From Snodgrassella alvi (GTDB lineage Bacteria; Pseudomonadota; Gammaproteobacteria; Burkholderiales; Neisseriaceae), in contig NZ_CP160328.2 of the NCBI RefSeq assembly GCF_040741455.2, positions 1,645,701 through 1,677,700 on the forward strand: a stretch of DNA of 32,000 nucleotides, read 5' to 3'. Shown here piece by piece: positions 27,595-32,000 of the stretch. A model generated the notes under the pieces. The model had not been told where the DNA came from. It ran no database searches and saw only the letters and a program-made list of their open reading frames with translations. How positions within the stretch are numbered: position 1 is the first letter of the stretch; each line of letters begins with the position of its first letter. Both the position numbers and the translations under genes were made by a program.

Positions 27595-28332
27595 ATGAAG
27601 CAGATAGAAATAGGGTCTGTAATGATTAGAAGGTTTGGTTTATATCTGATTTATTGTCTAGCGATAGCGCTGAGTGGTTGCAAAAGTAGTGGTTCGGTAA
27701 ATGCCCCAGTGATGAGTGCCAGCGCTCAAAATGGTTATTATCGTGTACAGCGTGGCGATACCTTATACAGAATTGGGTTACGCTTTAATCAGAATGTTAA
27801 TACGCTGGTGCGTTGGAATAATTTGGCAAATGCAAATGCAATTGAGGTAGGGCAGCTGATACGTGTGCGTAAACCGGTAGGGGGTTCGCGTAAGAACTCA
27901 GTAAAAAAACAGTCGTCAGGAAATGTGGTGCGTCAGCCAGCACCAGTTGCTGTTAGTAATGCCGCTCCTGATATCAGCCTGCAATGGCCGGTGCGCGGGA
28001 GGGTGATTAGTATGTTTAACGGTCAGACGCAAAAGGGGATTGATATTGCTGGTAACCGTGGAACACCGGTTAAGGCTGCGGCTGCAGGTACTGTACAGTA
28101 TGCTGGTGATGAGCTGCGTGGGTATGGCAGGCTGATACTGATTAAACACAGCAATACTACCATGACGGCTTATGCATATAATGACTCTCTGAATGTCCGT
28201 AATGGACAAAGAGTGCAGGCAGGTCAGACCATTGCCACGATGGGTGACAGTGGAACGAGCGGTGTAAAACTGCATTTTGAAATACGGGTAAACAGTCAGG
28301 CTGTGAATCCTATGCGATATTTACCGGAATAA
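27595..28332 (+). CDS. LysM-domain M23 peptidase lipoprotein (NlpD-like)
   Basis: Lipobox IALSGC. LysM motif (YRVQRGDTLYRIGLRFNQNVNTLVRWNNL). M23 blocks (KGIDIAG..GTPVKAAAAGTVQYAG, GRLILIKH, GVKLHFEIR). An alternative start at 27622 is possible. Confidence 0.85.
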   Translation: MKQIEIGSVMIRRFGLYLIYCLAIALSGCKSSGSVNAPVMSASAQNGYYRVQRGDTLYRIGLRFNQNVNTLVRWNNLANANAIEVGQLIRVRKPVGGSRKNSVKKQSSGNVVRQPAPVAVSNAAPDISLQWPVRGRVISMFNGQTQKGIDIAGNRGTPVKAAAAGTVQYAGDELRGYGRLILIKHSNTTMTAYAYNDSLNVRNGQRVQAGQTIATMGDSGTSGVKLHFEIRVNSQAVNPMRYLPE

Positions 28333-28441
28333 ATCAATACGGCTAGCTGGTGTGCTTGCGCAGAAGTGTTTTTATAGGCCTAAGCACGAAGTTGATCAAA
28401 TGGATTTTAATCTATAATAGGGCAAAGATTAAGGAAGCATT

Positions 28442-29227
28442 ATGAAAGAACATCGTGCCCGTAAGCGGTTCGGACAGAATTTTCTGCAAGATAAAAGTAT
28501 TATTCAGGATATTGTGCGTGCAGTACGGCCTCAGCCGGCAGATACAGTTGTTGAGATCGGTCCCGGACTGGCCGCTATTACAGAACCATTGGCTATAGCG
28601 GTGGATAAACTGCATGTAATTGAGATTGACCGAGATATTGTAGCGCGTTTACGTACATTGCCTTTTGCTTCGAAGCTGGAAATCCATGAGGGTGATGTAC
28701 TGCAGTTTGATTTTGCGAGTGTGCCTGGGCGAAAAAAAATAGTAGGCAATTTACCTTATAATATTTCAACACCGTTGTTATTTCGCTTTGGTGAGTATGT
28801 TGATGAGATTGTAGACATGCATTTTATGCTGCAAAAGGAAGTAGTCGAGCGCATGGTGGCGGAGGCCGGTAGTAATGATTACGGGCGTTTAAGTGTGATG
28901 TTGCAGTATTTTTTTGAAATGGAAAATTTACTGGATGTGCCCCCTCAGGCATTTAACCCTGCTCCAAAAGTTGATTCAGCGGTAGTGAGAATGATTCCAC
29001 AGCGCGGACGTATCGGAATTGCGCAGGATTTTCAGCATTTTTCGGCTTTGGTCAAACAGGCTTTCCAGCAACGACGTAAGACCATTCATAATAATCTGAA
29101 GGAGTGGGTGGATGATGCCAGATTAATAGATGTAGGCATTGATCCAGGTTGGCGACCAGAGCGGATTAAACCCGAGCTTTATGTGGCTTTGAGTAATATT
29201 TTGTTGGACAATGGCGCGTGTATTTGA
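28442..29227 (+). CDS. rsmA: 16S rRNA (adenine1518/1519-N6)-dimethyltransferase
   Basis: 261 aa. Contains [11 protein letters not shown], the SAM-binding [12 protein letters not shown] motif and [19 protein letters not shown]. Confidence 0.93.
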   Translation: MKEHRARKRFGQNFLQDKSIIQDIVRAVRPQPADTVVEIGPGLAAITEPLAIAVDKLHVIEIDRDIVARLRTLPFASKLEIHEGDVLQFDFASVPGRKKIVGNLPYNISTPLLFRFGEYVDEIVDMHFMLQKEVVERMVAEAGSNDYGRLSVMLQYFFEMENLLDVPPQAFNPAPKVDSAVVRMIPQRGRIGIAQDFQHFSALVKQAFQQRRKTIHNNLKEWVDDARLIDVGIDPGWRPERIKPELYVALSNILLDNGACI

Positions 29228-29264
29228 ATAACTGATACCGTCTGTTCCATGATGTGGGGAATAC

Positions 29265-29993
29265 ATGATTGAATTTAAAAACGTCCATAAGTGGTTTAAG
29301 GACTTACATGTTATTAATGGTGTGAATCTTAATGTCAGCCAGGGTGAAGTAGTGGTGGTTTGCGGTCCGTCTGGAAGCGGAAAATCCACCTTGATCCGTA
29401 CTGTGAATCAGTTAGAAAAAATCCAGCAAGGTGAAATCTGGGTTGATGGAATTAACGTGGCTGACCCTAAGGCTGATTTAAACCGAGTACGTACAGAAGT
29501 TGGATTCGTATTCCAACATTTCAATCTATATCCACATCTGACGGTACTAGAAAATATTATTTTGTCACCGATGAAGGTGAAAAAACAAAGCCGTGCTCAG
29601 GCTGAAGCGAAAGCTCAAGAGTTATTGGCTAAGGTGGGTCTGGCACATAAGTGTGAAGCTTATCCGCAGCAGTTATCCGGCGGACAGCAGCAGCGCGTAG
29701 CGATTGCACGCGGTCTGGCTATGGAGCCAAGGGTGATGTTATTTGATGAACCTACCTCTGCTCTTGATCCAGAAATGATTGGTGAAGTACTTAAAGTAAT
29801 GAAAGATTTGGCACTTAGTGGTATGACCATGATGGTAGTCACCCATGAGATGGGTTTTGCCCGTGAAGTGGCCGACAGAGTGGTATTTATTGATCATGGT
29901 GAAATTGTTGAGGAGGCTGCTCCTGAAGAGTTTTTCCTACATCCGCAGCATGAGCGTGCGCAACAATTTTTGAATCAGTTGTTAACGCATTAG
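29265..29993 (+). CDS. polar amino-acid ABC transporter ATP-binding protein (GlnQ/HisP-like)
   Basis: Walker [10 protein letters not shown], signature [19 protein letters not shown], Walker [12 protein letters not shown] and an H-loop VVTHEM. Confidence 0.9.
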   Translation: MIEFKNVHKWFKDLHVINGVNLNVSQGEVVVVCGPSGSGKSTLIRTVNQLEKIQQGEIWVDGINVADPKADLNRVRTEVGFVFQHFNLYPHLTVLENIILSPMKVKKQSRAQAEAKAQELLAKVGLAHKCEAYPQQLSGGQQQRVAIARGLAMEPRVMLFDEPTSALDPEMIGEVLKVMKDLALSGMTMMVVTHEMGFAREVADRVVFIDHGEIVEEAAPEEFFLHPQHERAQQFLNQLLTH

Positions 29994-30058
29994 CATAATT
30001 TATTTTCTGGCTGCTTGTTGATGGTTTTTAGCTGCTAAAAAGTTGAGAATGCAAAATT

Positions 30059-30101
30059 ATGATGCCCCTTTTCATAAAGATGATAAGGGGCATCATTTTT
30101 T
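30059..30101 (+). terminator. rho-independent terminator after the ABC ATPase gene
   Basis: A 12-bp stem atgatgcccctt / aaggggcatcat followed by a T-run. Confidence 0.75.
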
Positions 30102-30179
30102 GAAACTGTAAAGTTGAAATATTAAGAGTTTTTGAAGGGAAAAGTAGTTTATGTTTTTAATTTCTGCTTTGGTTTAGGA

Positions 30180-31013
30180 TTAATATCCTAAACGCTGACA
30201 GATTGTTGAGACTAAACCAGCCTGATTTAAAGTATAGAAATGTAAACTAGGTGCACCCTGCTGTAGTAAATGGTCGCACATTTCGGTAACCACATCCAAA
30301 CCAAGGGCTTTAATTGATGCGGTATCGTCGGCGTAGGATTGCAGTTTTAACCGTAGCCAGCGAGGAATTTCGGCACCACAGGTTTCAGAAAAACGGGCTA
30401 GTTTTGAGAAGCTGGCAATCGGCATGATGCCGGGAATAATTGGAATATTGACCCCACGGCTTTGAACTTCATCTACGAACCAAAAATAACTGTCTGCATT
30501 AAAGAAATATTGGGTGATGGCCGAATCGGCACCAGCTTGACATTTTTTTACGAAATGATTGATATCGTCTTCGGCACTGCGCGATTGTGGATGAAATTCT
30601 GGATAGGCTGCTATTTCTATGTGAAACCAGTCGCCAAATTCTTGCCGGATAAGTCCTACCAATTCATTTGCATATCGTAGCCCCTGATGTCCAAATCCGA
30701 CTCCGGATGGAACATCGCCACGCAAAGCCACAATATGGCGGATACCCATATCTTTATAGGTCTGAAGCAGACTGGTCATTTCTTCGCGACTGGCTCCGAT
30801 ACAGGCAAGATGCGGAGCTGCAGCCACGCCATCGTTCATGATATCGGTAATGGTCTGAAGTGTACCGGCACGAGTGGTGCCACCAGCTCCATAAGTGCAT
30901 GAAAAATATTCAGGTTGATATTGGCTGAGTTGTTTGCGGGTAATACTCAGTTTCCGCCGCCCCTCTTCGGTACGCGGCGGAAAAAATTCAAAACTCAGCG
31001 GTGTAAAACTCAT
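30180..31013 (-). CDS. metF: 5,10-methylenetetrahydrofolate reductase
   Basis: 277 aa. Contains FEFFPPRT, CTYGAGG and VALRGD blocks typical of MetF. RBS GGAGAGG. Confidence 0.92.
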   Translation of the reverse strand: MSFTPLSFEFFPPRTEEGRRKLSITRKQLSQYQPEYFSCTYGAGGTTRAGTLQTITDIMNDGVAAAPHLACIGASREEMTSLLQTYKDMGIRHIVALRGDVPSGVGFGHQGLRYANELVGLIRQEFGDWFHIEIAAYPEFHPQSRSAEDDINHFVKKCQAGADSAITQYFFNADSYFWFVDEVQSRGVNIPIIPGIMPIASFSKLARFSETCGAEIPRWLRLKLQSYADDTASIKALGLDVVTEMCDHLLQQGAPSLHFYTLNQAGLVSTICQRLGY

Positions 31014-31121
31014 GATTGAACAGCCTCTCCAGTTGTTATAGGTAGATATCTAACCATAACGTTTCAGGCAAGGCCAATCAATGCTTTATGTACATATTTT
31101 CTTTGAAAAATTCGATGCTTA

Positions 31122-31140
31122 TTATGAATATAATTCATAA
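31122..31140. promoter_or_regulatory. perfect 8-3-8 palindrome containing TGAA-N5-TTCA (MetR/LysR-type box candidate) upstream of metF
   Basis: The sequence ttatgaat-ata-attcataa lies about 110-125 bp upstream of the metF start. TGAAnnnnnTTCA is the MetR recognition pattern in enterobacteria. Confidence 0.35.
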
Positions 31141-31179
31141 TCTATTGGTAATGGTTATATAAGTGGTTACTCAACCGTT

Positions 31180-32000
31180 TTATTTTTCTGTTTGGCGCCG
31201 TGAAAACTGAATACCGAGCTGTTTCAATTTGCGATACAGGTGCGTACGCTCTAATCCGACTTTCTGAGCAACTTTGCTCATGTTATGTCCTTCCTGAGCA
31301 ATATGGTATTCGAAGTAACGTCGTTCCAGATCTTCGCGCAATTCACGCAGTGGCATATCGAAATTAAAGCCCGTCATGTTTTCCTGCGGGTGATTATGCT
31401 TAAATTGGTTCAGTATGGTACTGATGGCATTTACATCGATTTCATTATTTTCTGCGGTCATCATCAGACTTTTGACGACACTGCGCAGTTGTTCTAAATT
31501 GCCCGGCCAGTCGTACTGGCGTAATTCATTCAGAGCTGCTGTGGTGAATTTTACCGGTGGAATTTTCTGGCTTTCCGCCAGCTCGTTGGTAATTTGTTCA
31601 ACTAGAAATACCATATCATCCAACTGTTGGCGTAAAGGTGGAATTGGCACTATTAAAGATGAAAGGGTATTGAGCAGTTTGTTGTCCTGTAACGGATCGG
31701 TAATCATTTCTTTGATGGGGCGGCTACACACGCATACGATTCGGGCATTGTAGCGATCAGCTTTTGTCAGGATAAAGCCGATACTTTGCTGAGTGCTTTT
31801 GCCGTACTGGGCAATATCGCCCAGATAAAGAATGCCACCGGTGGCTTTTTGTAATAATTCTATCGGGGCGTCAACAATTTGTTCTACTTTGGATGGTTCT
31901 ACCCAAGGCGTGGCATTTTTATGAAAAGAGCGGGCAACAAGCTCAAATGGAGAACCCAACTCACCAGTCAGTAACACTGGGGTGCTGAATTTTGCGATGC
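31180..32000 (-). CDS. sigma-54-activator-like (AAA+ / Fis-HTH) transcriptional regulator with degenerate ATPase motifs; N-terminus off-window
   Basis: The frame stays open to the window edge (..IAKFSTPVLLTGELGSPFE..). It has the enhancer-binding-protein (EBP) layout with YDWPGNLEQL and a C-terminal Fis-type HTH (MSKVAQKVGLERTHLYRKLKQLGI). Walker A is GELGSPFE, Walker B is GGILYLGDI, and there is no GAFTGA. Confidence 0.75.
   Translation of the reverse strand, partial: IAKFSTPVLLTGELGSPFELVARSFHKNATPWVEPSKVEQIVDAPIELLQKATGGILYLGDIAQYGKSTQQSIGFILTKADRYNARIVCVCSRPIKEMITDPLQDNKLLNTLSSLIVPIPPLRQQLDDMVFLVEQITNELAESQKIPPVKFTTAALNELRQYDWPGNLEQLRSVVKSLMMTAENNEIDVNAISTILNQFKHNHPQENMTGFNFDMPLRELREDLERRYFEYHIAQEGHNMSKVAQKVGLERTHLYRKLKQLGIQFSRRQTEK

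Noticed and set aside
1-32000. Window-wide scan for CRISPR arrays, tRNA/rRNA genes, IS elements, integrases, and terminal inverted or direct repeats bounding the T6SS/rhs island.
   Set aside because: None were seen. The only substantial repeats are the rhs core fragments. No transposase- or integrase-like ORF is present in the six-frame track.

Overview
Low-GC (about 40% by eye) Gram-negative, proteobacterial-type chromosome segment; I cannot assign a genus. Positions 1 to about 19.9 kb are a type VI secretion (T6SS) locus. It holds the 3' end of a structural operon: tssL with an OmpA-like domain, an unassigned secreted ORF, tssM and tagF. A signal-less HExxH protein is translationally coupled to the first of two paralogous periplasmic (lipo)protein genes, which I read as a candidate uncharacterised effector-immunity module. 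A 1.15-kb ORF-free AT-rich spacer follows. Next is a cassette of vgrG, a DUF1795/Eag-like chaperone, a prePAAR-TMD-PAAR-Rhs toxin and its immunity gene. After that comes an array of orphan rhs C-terminal modules and immunity genes in very different states of decay. The Rhs core is a sharply bounded block that is very C-rich on the coding strand, while the toxin tips are AT-rich. Positions 20.3-24.1 kb carry two accessory genes flanked by AT-rich DNA: a signal-less family-I-type lipase and a classical autotransporter. The last 8 kb is housekeeping: pgl, lysS, fxsA, an nlpD-like gene, rsmA, an ABC ATPase, metF and a degenerate sigma-54-activator-like regulator. I saw no CRISPR array, tRNA/rRNA gene, transposase or integrase. 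All family assignments come from motif recognition by eye; no database search was possible.
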